Source: an uncultured Verrucomicrobiota bacterium
Lineage (GTDB): Bacteria; Verrucomicrobiota; Kiritimatiellia; RZYC01; CAZAYP01
NCBI GenBank assembly: GCA_964489425.1
Contig: CAZAYP010000006.1
Span: 47,802 to 111,801 of the forward strand
Direction of reading: 5' to 3'
Length of the DNA stretch: 64,000 nt
This document shows, piece after piece, positions 25,001 through 35,500 of the stretch (positions within the stretch are counted from its first letter, which is position 1; each line of letters begins with the position of its first letter). The position numbers and the translations under genes are program-made. The notes beneath the pieces are model-generated. The model had not been told where the DNA came from and did not search any database. It was given only the letters and a program-made list of their open reading frames with translations.

Positions 25001-27034
25001 GCCAAACCGGTTTTCCAGCATGCCGGCAATCAACGCGCCCCCCTCGGCATTGACCCCGTAGGTCATGCCGCTGGGCGCGATGCCAATCCAGTTGCCGCAG
25101 ATGGTGTTGCGGGTGGCGCTGCTGACCCCCATCCGGCTGGGCAGGTAAACGCCCCAGCCCTCGTTGCCGCCAATGAAGTTGGCCGAGCGCATGAACGATC
25201 CGCCCACGATGTTGTATTGGGCCGCCTCTTCCAGGCAAACGCCGGGGCCGTCGTTGGGCCGATCGCCCTCGCCGTCCGGACCTGTGCCGATGAAGTTGTT
25301 CCAGATCGTGTTGCTAGTGGAGAAGCCCACCCAGACTCCGCCCAGGCCATTGCCGGAAATCACGTTCGGGTATGTGCCGGTCACCCCAACATAACTGTTG
25401 ATAGCGCCCGCCAGGACCACGCCCCACCCGGCATTGGGCAGCGCGAACGCGCCCGCGGGCGCCAGGCCAATCCAGTTGGCGGCCATCCGCGCGCCCAGGG
25501 TGGCGCCGGCCAGGTGCACGCCATTGGATCGGTTGCCGGCGATGACGTTGCCGGCCTCCTCGTCGGTCTCGCCCCAATCCGCGCCAATGACGATATTGGC
25601 GGCGGGACAGTCGACGCTGTATCCTTCCGCATAGATGCCATGCCGCTTGTTGGGTATCGCCGTCACGCCATTCACATCCATCCCGATGAAGTTGCCCTGG
25701 ATGACGACGTTCGAGCAGCACCCGCGGATGCTCACGCCATCGTTGGTGTTGCCGCTGATGAGGTTGCCCATGCCGGACATGCCGATGCGACTGTTGACCA
25801 GGCAGGGATACGCCTGCAGAGATTCGTCGCTCCGCTCGAAACGGATCCCGTACCCGTTGGGGACCGCGTTGGTGCCGTCTTCGCCCAGGCCGATGTAGTT
25901 GTTTAAAATGGTGATGTTATCGTTGTTGACCAGGCCGGATCCGTACTGGCCAAAAATACCCGCCGTCCGGTTGCCGCCGATGCAGTTGCCGTCAGACGGC
26001 CTGTGGCCGCCGATCATGACATTGCGCGCGCCCCACAAGAGGATCCCGTAATCCTGGGCGTTGTACAAGGGAGCATGGCCCGCGTAATGCCCGATGTAGT
26101 TGTCGCTGATGGTCACATCCTGGGCGTTGTACAGGGCAATGCCGCAGGAGTTGGTCCACAAGCTGATGGCGCCCAGGGCGGTCTTGCGTTCATGGCCGGC
26201 GGACGCCCGAGGGAGCCCGGCCGGGACCCCGGCGCGGGCGGAGACGTTGGTCGCCGCGACGCGGTTGCCCCGCACCACCACGTTGGAACCCCCAATCCAC
26301 ACGCTCCACATCCGGTTGCTCTCGATCCGCGAACTGATCGCGCCGAAATCCAGCCTGTCAATTTCGCTGCTCCGCACCACGATGTTGGTTCCCGCCGCCG
26401 CGACGTCTTGCAGGGTGCAGGCGCTGATGTCCGCGTTCGGGCAGTTATACAGCCACATGTTGACCAGGTCGCTGTTCAGGATCACGAGGTTGGTCCCGAT
26501 AATCCGCCCGGCGTGCAGCCGGCAGCCGTCGAATTCCGTGTTCTGCAGTTCCATGGACAGCACGCCGCCGCCAACCGATGAGAAATCGCAGTTCTTGATG
26601 CCTTCCACCACGCGGTAGCCCGGCATGTAAAAATCGTTGGTTATAGTGCAGCGCCAGATTCGCTGCATGTTGCCCGATGCGTTGAAATCAACGATGTTGG
26701 CATCCACGATCGAACCGCCCTTGACGAAGCTCAACGCGCACCGGAGGGTGCAATTGCCCGCCTGGGACGGCCCGATGATTTCCGTGTAGCCTTGCAGCGA
26801 GCCGGACGCCTCGTACACGTGAAACTCGCCTTTTTCCTGGAAGGTGATGGTGTGCGAATCGCCGGGCGCCTGGTTCACCTGCTCCCGCGCCCAGGCAAAA
26901 TTATGCAGGTTGCTGCCCACGACCGTGTCGGTCACTTCGTAATTCCCGGCCTGGGCAACGCCAAGGACCATCCCAGCCCAGGCGATGAAAACAGGCAGCG
27001 CGCGATTGAAGCAGCCATGCGATCCCATGTTCAT
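22007..27034 (-). CDS. Giant secreted right-handed parallel beta-helix (PbH1) repeat protein with C-terminal PKD/Fn3-like domains
   Basis: 1675 aa. The signal peptide is MNMGSHGCFNRALPVFIAWAGMVLGVAQA, with AAAGGGAG upstream of the ATG. There are dozens of ~23-aa rungs of the form GN.I(G/A)....G....N...GI.I......N.IGG. The C-terminal Ig-like segments include TWSPPPAAG...VWTVRVVAANFAGSATG and YVDVSWAPVNKAAAY...YWYWVGATN. Confidence 0.85.
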   Translation of the reverse strand: MNMGSHGCFNRALPVFIAWAGMVLGVAQAGNYEVTDTVVGSNLHNFAWAREQVNQAPGDSHTITFQEKGEFHVYEASGSLQGYTEIIGPSQAGNCTLRCALSFVKGGSIVDANIVDFNASGNMQRIWRCTITNDFYMPGYRVVEGIKNCDFSSVGGGVLSMELQNTEFDGCRLHAGRIIGTNLVILNSDLVNMWLYNCPNADISACTLQDVAAAGTNIVVRSSEIDRLDFGAISSRIESNRMWSVWIGGSNVVVRGNRVAATNVSARAGVPAGLPRASAGHERKTALGAISLWTNSCGIALYNAQDVTISDNYIGHYAGHAPLYNAQDYGILLWGARNVMIGGHRPSDGNCIGGNRTAGIFGQYGSGLVNNDNITILNNYIGLGEDGTNAVPNGYGIRFERSDESLQAYPCLVNSRIGMSGMGNLISGNTNDGVSIRGCCSNVVIQGNFIGMDVNGVTAIPNKRHGIYAEGYSVDCPAANIVIGADWGETDEEAGNVIAGNRSNGVHLAGATLGARMAANWIGLAPAGAFALPNAGWGVVLAGAINSYVGVTGTYPNVISGNGLGGVWVGFSTSNTIWNNFIGTGPDGEGDRPNDGPGVCLEEAAQYNIVGGSFMRSANFIGGNEGWGVYLPSRMGVSSATRNTICGNWIGIAPSGMTYGVNAEGGALIAGMLENRFGGAQPEEANIVDGVVGVGMYGLAAYGMGLRNRVDGNIIGFNPFTTFVSTTMVTGIEIQNSLDSYVGVLRGNAIGGASYAGIHVNNSWLLRDYAVGHYILNNVIGCATNAAGMVITNADYGILMEYAGDTRVGLTNQPNFIAGNRVGIASFASIDCQVQANLVGWDPAGRLLGNRGQGVFFEGDEYLIFGGATSTAYNVIGGSGSNALALYSLPDGQILGNSIGLALDGLSAATNKGHGILVETCTNVFIGMGFGRAPVIAGNAGDGIHIQGALPPTACEGAKVLGCLIGLNKTGAGAVPNGGAGVRIVNTASNVIGAGLAGVGNFIGGNLGDGMVIEGPLSQGNVVMGNYVGFKTDFTALGNQGHGIRITNAPGNIVGGLIVSNGNAIGHNAGCGALIEGATAQQNVFMGNTVGTTLSGGNHGNQQDGIRLVGTPFNMIGFTNEAYGNVIVHNAGHGVAALESTDFIIIGNQIGVSMDKATVLGNSHCGILYTNSRLSQIVNNCIGGNGAAGIQLAGPASDQNQIIHNMIGTSDINGQDLANAGDGVHLRGGDRNRIVGANVIARNNGNGVAIWTGSRISVMNNRIYANALQSIFLATNAPSATNQPNEGIKAPVIMSVTATNQTVAGMIVGKPSRLYLLDFYFAYQTNQYGAWAHVPLGQGAGMTGPDGIGGFNSVMTGFEPFTNGVYLTVNMTETNTEFLSSSSEFAAPFLAGNPPVPQPVPVVAVMPLGPPTAVVNAEVAFAAAWMPTNATPPLAFTWSPPPAAGQGLTPATFRFDAVGVWTVRVVAANFAGSATGETTIVVSAAPIPTGTVVAVLQPPGAVSDGARWRLAGLADTNWLASGAACTAPVGSYTQVFLALDGWQSPALQPVTLSAGATTNTAATYVVAVVPPAPAWIQATTGTQAGYVDVSWAPVNKAAAYLLLRGVDTNRAHATPLGGPLAATTYRDGSASLTNHYWYWVGATNAVGPSVGEAGPAEGWPGAFAASLDWLILLQE

Positions 27035-27053
27035 GTGGTTCTCCCTTTAACGT

Positions 27054-27797
27054 TTAATCTGCGGAACAGGATCCCGGCGGGCCCGGATCCGTGGCGTCCA
27101 TGGGCTCCGGCAGCAAGCCCAGGGCGCGCAGGGCTTCCAGCGCCGCGGCCACCTGCGCCGCCTGCTTGGAGGGCCCGTGGCCCGCCCCCAGGACGCTCTG
27201 GGCGCGCAGCACCTCGGCCGTGTACTGGCGATCGTGGGGCGGGCCGCGCTCCTCTTTCATCCGGTACTGCGGCTCGGTTTTCCAGGTTTTCTGGAAGTGT
27301 TCCTGGAGCGCGCCCTTGGGATTGGCCAGATCCGGAGCAACGACCAGGCGGTCCAGGATCGGCGCAAACCGCGCCATGAACAGGCGGCGCACAGCCTTCA
27401 TGCCGCCATCCAGGTACAGGGCGCCGAGAATGGACTCGAGGGCATCGGCCAGGTTGGACGGGCGATCCGCACCGCCGCTTTGGAACTCGCCGCGGCCCAG
27501 GCGCAGATAAGGGCCCAAGCCCAGGTCCCGGGCCAGTTCCGCCAGGGTCTGGTCATTGGTTACCCGGCTGCGCAGGCGGGTTAACTCGCCCTCGGGCGTG
27601 CCCTTGAACCGCTTGAACAGGTAGTCGGCGGCCACGAGGCCCAGGGTGGCATCCCCCAAAAATTCCAGGCGTTGGTTGTCCGCCGGCAACCGCTCCTCGA
27701 ACCGGGCGGACGGATGGGTCAACGCTTTTTCCAGCAGCCCGCGGCGCCGGAAACAGTGGCCCAGCGCGGATTCCAGGATGGCGAGGTCGGGGCTCAT
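27054..27797 (-). CDS. rnc: Ribonuclease III
   Basis: Contains the NQRLEFLGDATLGLVAADYLF RNase III signature. ADALESILGALYLDGG and a C-terminal dsRBD (PKGALQEHFQK...YRMKEERGPPHDRQYTAEV) are also present. Confidence 0.95.
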   Translation of the reverse strand: MSPDLAILESALGHCFRRRGLLEKALTHPSARFEERLPADNQRLEFLGDATLGLVAADYLFKRFKGTPEGELTRLRSRVTNDQTLAELARDLGLGPYLRLGRGEFQSGGADRPSNLADALESILGALYLDGGMKAVRRLFMARFAPILDRLVVAPDLANPKGALQEHFQKTWKTEPQYRMKEERGPPHDRQYTAEVLRAQSVLGAGHGPSKQAAQVAAALEALRALGLLPEPMDATDPGPPGSCSAD

Positions 27798-28681
27798 GCG
27801 CGGGGGTGGTACTTGGCGTGGACGGACTTGAGGCGCGAGCTGTCCACGTGGGTGTAGACCTGGGTGGTGGCAATGTCGGCGTGGCCCAGCATCTCCTGGA
27901 TCACGCGCAGCGGCGCGTTGTTGGCCAACAGATGGCTGGCGAACGAGTGGCGCAAGGTGTGGGGCGTGACATTTTTCAGGATCCCCGCCAGCCGGGCATA
28001 CTGCTTGATGAGCTTCCAGAGGCCCTGGCGCGAAAACGGTTTCTTGCGGTACGTGAGAAACACGGCGCGGATCTCCGCGGGCGGGGCCGCCGGCGCGCGC
28101 ACCTCGTCCAGGTACCGGTGCAGGGCGGTGGCCGCGGCCTGGCCCAGCGGCACCACCCGCTCCTTGCGGCCCTTGCCAAAGCAGCGGATGTAGCCGGCAT
28201 CAAAGTGCAGGTCTTCCAGCGTCAGCCGGGCCAGCTCCGAAACGCGCAGGCCCGCGCCGTACAAGGTTTCCAGCAGGGCCCGGTCGCGCACGCCGCGGGC
28301 AGTAGCCTGGTCCGGCGCGGCCAGCAGGCGGTCCACTTCCTTGATCGAAAGGGTGTCGGGCAGGATTTTCCACAGCCGCGGCGAGTCCATGGTCTGCGTG
28401 ACGTTGCGCGCCAGCAGGCCCTCGTTTTGCAGGTAGCGGAAGAACATCTTGATCGCCACCAGGCGGCGCGACAGCGAGTTGACGCACAGGCCGCGCGCCT
28501 TTTCGCTCATCAGGAAATCGAGGATCTGGGCGCGGGTGACCTTGTTGGCCGCGTCCACCTGGCGCTCGCGCAAAAAGCCGGCGAACGCGGTCAGGTCCCG
28601 GCCGTAGGCCAGGCGCGTGTTGTTGCTCAGCCCGCGCTCCAGCCCCAGGTGGTCGAGAAACTGTTCAATCAGGACTTGCAT
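27794..28681 (-). CDS. xerD: Tyrosine recombinase XerD
   Basis: Contains LERGLSNNTRLAYGRDL, LYGAGLRVSEL, GKGRKERVVPL, HTLRHSFASHLL and LGHADIATTQVYTH, and ends HPRA as in E. coli XerD. Its stop overlaps the rnc ATG (ATGA). Confidence 0.9.
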   Translation of the reverse strand: MQVLIEQFLDHLGLERGLSNNTRLAYGRDLTAFAGFLRERQVDAANKVTRAQILDFLMSEKARGLCVNSLSRRLVAIKMFFRYLQNEGLLARNVTQTMDSPRLWKILPDTLSIKEVDRLLAAPDQATARGVRDRALLETLYGAGLRVSELARLTLEDLHFDAGYIRCFGKGRKERVVPLGQAAATALHRYLDEVRAPAAPPAEIRAVFLTYRKKPFSRQGLWKLIKQYARLAGILKNVTPHTLRHSFASHLLANNAPLRVIQEMLGHADIATTQVYTHVDSSRLKSVHAKYHPRA

Positions 28682-28732
28682 CGGCCGGGCTGTGCCTGCC
28701 GCGCCGGCGCCGGGCGGCAGTGGCCGGGAGAT

Positions 28733-29410
28733 CTACTCGGGCGCGGGTTCGGTGGCGGGCTCGTCCGCGCCGCCAGCGGGCGGCTCCTGGTCCGCGCCCG
28801 CATCCGTCTCGGCGTCCGCCGCCGGGGTGGTGGTCTGGCCCTTGTTGAGGATCGCGAGGATGTCATCGGTGATGTCAAACTTGCCGTCCGAGAACAGCAC
28901 CAGTTCCACGCCGTTCATGGTCTGGCCGGAGGAATCGAGGATGCAGGGGATGTTGCGCTCCTGGGCATACGCGGTGATTTCCTCGCGGATTTCCTCGATG
29001 ATCTTCTTGCGCATGCGCATCTGCTGCTCTTCCAGCTGGCGGCGGCGGGTGGTTTCCATGCGCTGGATCTTGGCCTCCTGCTCCTTGAGGCTGATCAGCT
29101 TTTCCTCGGCCAAATCGCGCTTCTCCAGGCGCACTTCCTCGCTCAGCGCGGAATTCTGGGCTTCGGCGCGCAAGTCGTTGAAATCTTCCTGCATCTGCTC
29201 ATATTTTGCGACCAGGTCCTTGCGCTCGGTGTTGAAATCGTCGGCCTGGTCCTTGAGCTGGGCATCCGCCAACTGGGTCTTATAATACTTGGAAAACAGG
29301 GTTTCCATGTCCACCAGGGCGATGCCGCCCTCGATCGCCACGGCCGGAAGCGCCCCGGCCACGCATGCAACCAACCCTGCCGCCGCCATGCCAATCCACA
29401 TTTTCTGCAT
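28733..29410 (-). CDS. OmpH/Skp-family periplasmic chaperone
   Basis: From the ATG at 29410 (AGGAG upstream) the protein starts MQKMWIGMAAAGLVACVAGALPAVA, a signal peptide. A long charged coiled coil follows (..QLKDQADDFNTERKDLVAKYEQMQEDFNDLRAEAQ..), then the OmpH-like end IPCILDSSG. The C-terminal tail is acidic and Pro/Ala-rich. Confidence 0.8.
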   Translation of the reverse strand: MQKMWIGMAAAGLVACVAGALPAVAIEGGIALVDMETLFSKYYKTQLADAQLKDQADDFNTERKDLVAKYEQMQEDFNDLRAEAQNSALSEEVRLEKRDLAEEKLISLKEQEAKIQRMETTRRRQLEEQQMRMRKKIIEEIREEITAYAQERNIPCILDSSGQTMNGVELVLFSDGKFDITDDILAILNKGQTTTPAADAETDAGADQEPPAGGADEPATEPAPE

Positions 29411-29593
29411 ATCCCTGCTCCTTTCTGAAAGGCTGCATATTAGCAGCGGGCCGGCAAAACACAAGCGTTACAATAAGCGCATGGTGGTGGCCGCGCATGG
29501 CGCCCGCATTTTTGAAAAAATGTCTCGACCCACGGCGTGGCTGAACGTAACAATAGCCAGTCGAAATAAGCTTCAGAACCCGGGAGATACGCC

Positions 29594-32500
29594 ATGAATA
29601 AAAGCGCCCTGCGTTGTGCCGCCGTTACCACCATCCTCGCGGTATCCGGGCTGTGCCTGGGCCTGCCGGCCGCGGCGGTCACCGTAACCTTCACCAACGC
29701 CACCGCCATCAGCGCCGGCAACCTGGCGTACGAAGGTTACGACGTGGTCGTGGCGCCCTGCACGGTCACGATCGACGGCGCCCATGCCTTCAACTCGCTG
29801 ACCATCCGCAGCAACGGCATCGTGACCCACCCGGCCTGCACAGCCACCTCCGTGTACTCCCTGGCCCTGACGCTGGCCGGGAGCCTGGCCATCGACGCCG
29901 GCGGGAAGATCGACGTGGTGGGCAAGGGCTATCTGCCCAACCGGACCGTGGGCAACAGCACCAACAACGCGGCGACCGGCTGGTCGGGCGGCAGCCATGG
30001 CGGGTTGGGTTACTCTTATAGCGGGATCAGCGGCGCAGCGTACGATGAGTATCGGAATCCGCTCTACCCGGGCGCGGGCGGCGGCGGCACCAGCGCGGGC
30101 GGCGGCGTTATCCGGATCCAGGCCGCGCAGGCCACCGTCAATGGCCTGATCAACGCCAACGGCAGCCTCCAGGGGTCGTACGGCTCGGGCGCCGGCGGCA
30201 GCATCCGCTTGGATGTGGGCACGCTCTCGGGGGGCGGCTTGATCAGCGCCAACGGCGGCAACGCCGCGGGCAACAGCGGGGCCGGCGGTGGCGGCCGGGT
30301 GGCGGTGTATCACACCACCTGCGCCATGAGTTCCACGCAGATCACCGCCTATGCCGGCCACGAAGCCGGCCTGCACCAAGGCGCTGCCGGCACGGTCTAT
30401 TACCAATCGTCCGGCCAGCCGGGCGAGTTGCGGATTTTCAATGACGGGTTGCCCGTGGGCATGTACACGCCCCTGGGCGTAACCAACGACACTAGTTTCG
30501 TGGCCGAGAAGCTCATGGTCAGCGGCACCGGCGTGGTAGTGCAGACCGATCACCAGATGCCCATCCGGATTGGCACCCTGGTCCTTACCAACTGGGCGCA
30601 GCTGACCCATGCGGCCGCCACCGCCGGCGCGGAATACAGCCTGGATCTGACCGTGAGCAATGCCCTCCTCATTGCTTGGAACGGCGCCATTGACGTGGTG
30701 GGCAAGGGCTATCTGCCCAACCGGACCGTGGGCAACAGCACCAACAACGCGGCGACCGGCTGGTCGGGCGGCAGCCATGGCGGGTTGGGTTACTCTTATA
30801 GCGGGATCAGCGGCGCAGCGTACGATGAGTATCGGAATCCGCTCTACCCGGGCGCGGGCGGCGGCGGCACCAGCGCGGGCGGCGGCGTTATCCGGATCCA
30901 GGCCGCGCAGGCCACCGTCAATGGCCTGATCAACGCCAACGGCAGCCTCCAGGGGTCGTACGGCTCGGGCGCCGGCGGCAGCATCCGCTTGGATGTGGGC
31001 ACGCTCTCGGGGGGCGGCTTGATCAGCGCCAACGGCGGCAACGCCGCGGGCAACAGCGGGGCCGGCGGTGGCGGCCGGGTGGCGGTGTATCACACCACCT
31101 GCGCCATGAGTTCCACGCAGATCACCGCCTATGCCGGCCACGAAGCCGGCCTGCACCAAGGCGCTGCCGGCACGGTCTATTACCAATCGTCCGGCCAGCC
31201 GGGCGAGTTGCGGATTTTCAATGACGGGTTGCCCGTGGGCATGTACACGCCCCTGGGCGTAACCAACGACACTAGTTTCGTGGCCGAGAAGCTCATGGTC
31301 AGCGGCACCGGCGTGGTAGTGCAGACCGACCACCAGATGCCCATCCGGGTCGGTAGCCTGGTCCTCACCAATGGCGCGCAGCTAACGCATCCGGCCGCCA
31401 CCGCCGGCGCGGAATACGGCCTTGACCTGACCGCGAGCAACGTCCTGGTCGTTGCCTTGAACAGTTCCATCGACGTGATCGGCAAAGGCTATTTGCCCGG
31501 CCGCACCATCGGCAATACGACGACCAATGCGGCCACGGGCTGGTCCGGCGGCAGCCATGGTGGACTGGGCTACGCCTATAACGGGGTCTGCGGCATCGCG
31601 TTTGATGATTACCGCGACCCGGCCAGTCCGGGCGCGGGGAGTTCCGGTACCAGCGCGGGCGGCGGCGTGATCCGGATTCAGGCCCCGCAGGTGGTTGTCA
31701 GCGGCCGGATCATCGCCAATGGCGCATGCGTGGGTTCCTTTGGCGGAGGCGCGGGCGGCAGCATCCGGCTGGACGTGGGCGCGCTTTCCGGGAACGGCTT
31801 GATCAGCGCCAACGGCGGCCATGCCGCGGGCAACAGCGGGGGCGGCGGGGGCGGCCGGATCGCGCTGTATTACACCACCTGCGCCATGAGTTCCACGCAG
31901 ATCACCGCCTATGCCGGCCACGAAGTGGGCCTGCACCAGGGCGCCGCCGGCACGGTCTATTACCAATCGTCCGGCCAGCCGGGCGAGTTGCGGATTTTCA
32001 ATGACGGGCTGCCCGTGGGCATGTACACGCCCCTGGGCGTACCGGGCGCGGAGGCGTTTACGGCCAATCGGCTGTTCGTCAGCGGCTCCGGCGTGGTCGT
32101 GCAGGCTGAGCACCAGATGCCCATCCAGGTGGCCGACCTGGTCCTGACCAACCAGGCGGTGCTCACCCATCCGGACGCCACCGTGAGCGCGGCTTATTAT
32201 GTTGATTTGGTCGTGTCCAACCGCCTGGTCCTGTCGGCGGACAGCCGGATCGATGCGCTCGGCAAGGGCTATCTGGCGGGTCGCACCAAGGGCAATTCCA
32301 CGGTTAATGCGGCCACGGGCTGGTCCGGCGGCAGCCACGGCGGGCTGGGCTTCTCTTATAACGGGACTAGCGGCGCGGCGTATGATGATTATCGGAATCC
32401 GCTCTACCCGGGCGCGGGCGGCGCCGGCACCAGCGCCGGCGGCGGCGTGATCCGCATCCAGGCGCAGCAGGCCTTGGTCCATGGTCAGATCAGCGCCAAT

Positions 32501-35500
32501 GGCAGCGTCCAAGGGTCGTATGGCGCGGGCGCGGGCGGCGCCATCCGCATGGACGTGGGCACGCTCTCCGGCAGCGGCTGGATCACCGCCAATGGCGGCA
32601 ACGCCACGGGCAACAGCGGGGCCGGCGGCGGCGGCCGGATCGCGCTGTATTACACGGTCAACACCATGAGCCCGACCCAGGTCACCGTCTACGCCGGCAA
32701 CGAGGGCGGCGCGCATGTCGGCGCCGCGGGCACCATCTACCTGAAGCCCGCCGCCGGCCGCAGCGAACTGCGGGTGGTGGGCGACGGCCTGGCCACGGCC
32801 ATGTACACCCCGCTGGGGGCCGAGGGTGACGACGGGTTCACCGCGGACTTGCTGACCCTGTCCGGATCCAACGTGATGGCGGCGCCGGCCGCGAACTTCC
32901 CGGTCCGCATGCAGGACCTGGTTCTGGGGCCGGGCACGGTGCTTGCGCATCGGCCGACCACGGCCCTGGCGGTTTACAGCTTGAACCTGCAAGTATCCAA
33001 CGCCCTGGCCATTGCGACCGGCGCGCGCCTTGATGTCACCGGCCGCGGGTACCTCGTGGGCCGCACCTTCGGCAACGTCACCGAAGGCGCATCCAGCGGC
33101 TACTCGGGCGGCAGCCACGGCGGCCGCGGTTTCTCCTATTACGGCACCTCGGCCGCGACGTATGGCGACCGGTATTACCCGGTGTACCCCGGTAGCGGCG
33201 GCGCCGGATCCGGCCCGGGTGGCGGCGTGGCATGCGTGCGCGCCCTGCTGGTGACGAACGATGGCGTGATCGCCGCCAACGGCGGCACGGGCGTGGGGGC
33301 TGGTGGCGGCGGCGGCGGCAGCCTGATCCTGGACGTGGGCCGGTTGGCGGGCTCGGGCCGGGTCACGGTCAATGGCGGTAACGACCCATCTGGCGGCGGC
33401 GGCGGCGGCGGCCGGTTGGCCATCTACTATTGGGATGCCATCACCAGCCCAACGACGAACTGCACCGCCAACCCCGGCCAGATGAACACGTGGGCGGCCG
33501 GCCAGACCGGCACGGTGTGGATCTCCGGATCGCCTTTCTTCACCTGGATCCTGGAGAACCCCTTGCTGCACGGCGTGGAATCCCTGCAGTGGGATTCCCT
33601 CGGGCTCAACCCCACGGCCGGTGTAGTGGTCACGTGCTCGGCGTTCGTGGACGGCATGGAATACGCGATCGCCCAGGCCCAGCCCGGGGGCGGCGCCCTG
33701 ACCTGGGACACGGCCAACGTGCCGGACGGCCAGTACGAGCTGCGCGCCACGTTCGCCGCCGCCGACGGATCCCTCCTGGGCGCGGCCGCGACCAACGTGC
33801 TGGTAAACAACTCCGTGATCTGGCACAGCGGCACCATCACCGGCGCGGAGGTCTGGGCTTCCGGTACGGTCCACGTGGTGGAAGGGCACTTCACCATTGC
33901 CAGCAACGCGGTGATCACGGTCGCCGCCGGCGCGGTGGTCAAGTTTTCGCCCGACGTCCAGTTCACCATCGCCAAGGGCGGCACGCTGATCGCCAACGGC
34001 GTGGCCGGCGGCCAGATCTTCTTCACCTCGCTCAACGACGACTCCGTGGGCGGCGACACCAACATGGACGCCGACCGGTCGCGGCCGCAACCCGGCGACT
34101 GGCGCGGGTTCATCGTGCAAACCGGCGGCACGTTCACCTACAACGACCAGGCCATCATGCGTTACCTGCGCATGGACCACAGCGGCACGGTCGCCGCCAA
34201 CGAATCGTGGCTGGGCACCGCCCTGCACCAGGTCACCGGCAACCTGACCCTGAATGCCGGCGTCAGCGTGACCATCCTGCCCGGCGCGGTCGTCAAGGTG
34301 GCCACCAACTGCGGGATCACCGCCCAGGCTGGCGCGGCGCTGTTCGCCCACGGCACCGTGGCCCAGCCGATCATCTTCACCTCCGAGAACGACGATAGCG
34401 CGGCCGGCGACAGCAACCGCAACGGCGACGCCACCCGGCCTGGGGCCGGCGACTGGAACTGGATCCTGTTCAACAGCGCCACCGGGTCGTTTGACCACTG
34501 CCGCTTCTATTACGGCGGCGGGCCGGCGGCCGGCGGCTGGGGGCCGGCGGGCGGCCCGGGCAAAGCCACGATCAAGACCGCGGGCGCGTCGGTGCTGGAC
34601 TTTAACAACAGCCTGGTGCGCGACTCGTTCTACGACGGCCTGCTGTGCTGGGGCGGCCCCGTGACCGTACGCAGCAGCGTGTTCAAGGGCATTGACCGCG
34701 CGATCTGCGCGCACCCGGGATCGCCGGTGACCGTGCGCAACTGCACACTGGACAACAACGGCGTGGGCCTGCTGATCCACGGCGGCAGCCTCGACGTGGC
34801 CAACACGCTCGTCGCCAATTCCATCCGCCAGGGCATCCTGCACGACTACAGCACCGACGCCCTCACTATCCGCTACTCCTGCCTGTGGAACCTGACCAAC
34901 GCGGAAGGCACGGCGTACTGGAACGTCGGCACCAACGGCAACATCTCCGTGGATCCGAAGTTCAAGAGCCCCACCAACGACAGCTACCAGCTCAACTTCG
35001 GCTCGCCGTGCATCGACGCGGCCGACGGCCTGCTCGCGCCGGCCACGGACTACATGGACGCCCCGCGCTACACGGATCCGCGCTCGCCGCACACCGGCAT
35101 CGCCTGCACCAACGGCGAGTACGCCGACATCGGCGCGTTCGAGTTCGTGGAAAACGCGGACTCGGACCTTGATCTCGTGGTGGACCGCGTGGACGGCCCG
35201 GCGCAACTCGTGGCCGGCACCACGGCCACGGTGACCTGGGTGCTCGGCAACATCGGCGCCGGCACGGTCAACGGCGCCTGGCACGACGAGGTCGCGCTGA
35301 TCCCCGACACGCCCACGCGCGATGTCAGCAAGGTCGTGGCCGCCAACGTGCTGGTATCGGCCATCGTCGGCCCGGGCGGCAAGCAGACCGTCACCGCCGC
35401 CGTACGGGTGCCCGGCGGCACCGAGGGCACGTGGCGCTGGCAGGTGACCGCCAACGCCCAGGCCGAAGTGTTCGAGGGCCGCAACTGGCGCAACAACGCG

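Noticed and set aside
24293-26581. Plus-strand ORFs of 537 aa and 192 aa inside the PbH1 gene region
   Set aside because: They are antisense to the regular 23-aa beta-helix rungs. They have no start context and low-complexity composition.
27794-28681. Tyrosine recombinase as the integrase of a genomic island carrying the giant genes
   Set aside because: The sequence has the full XerD signature, including the HPRA C-terminus. It is embedded in a housekeeping skp-xerD-rnc string, and I see no flanking att-like direct repeats or tRNA target.
29790-33540. Possible CRISPR array or mobile-element repeats, suggested by the long exact repeats
   Set aside because: The period is 780 bp, in frame, and fully coding within one ORF. 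There is no short repeat/spacer architecture, no cas genes, and no transposase or terminal inverted repeats.
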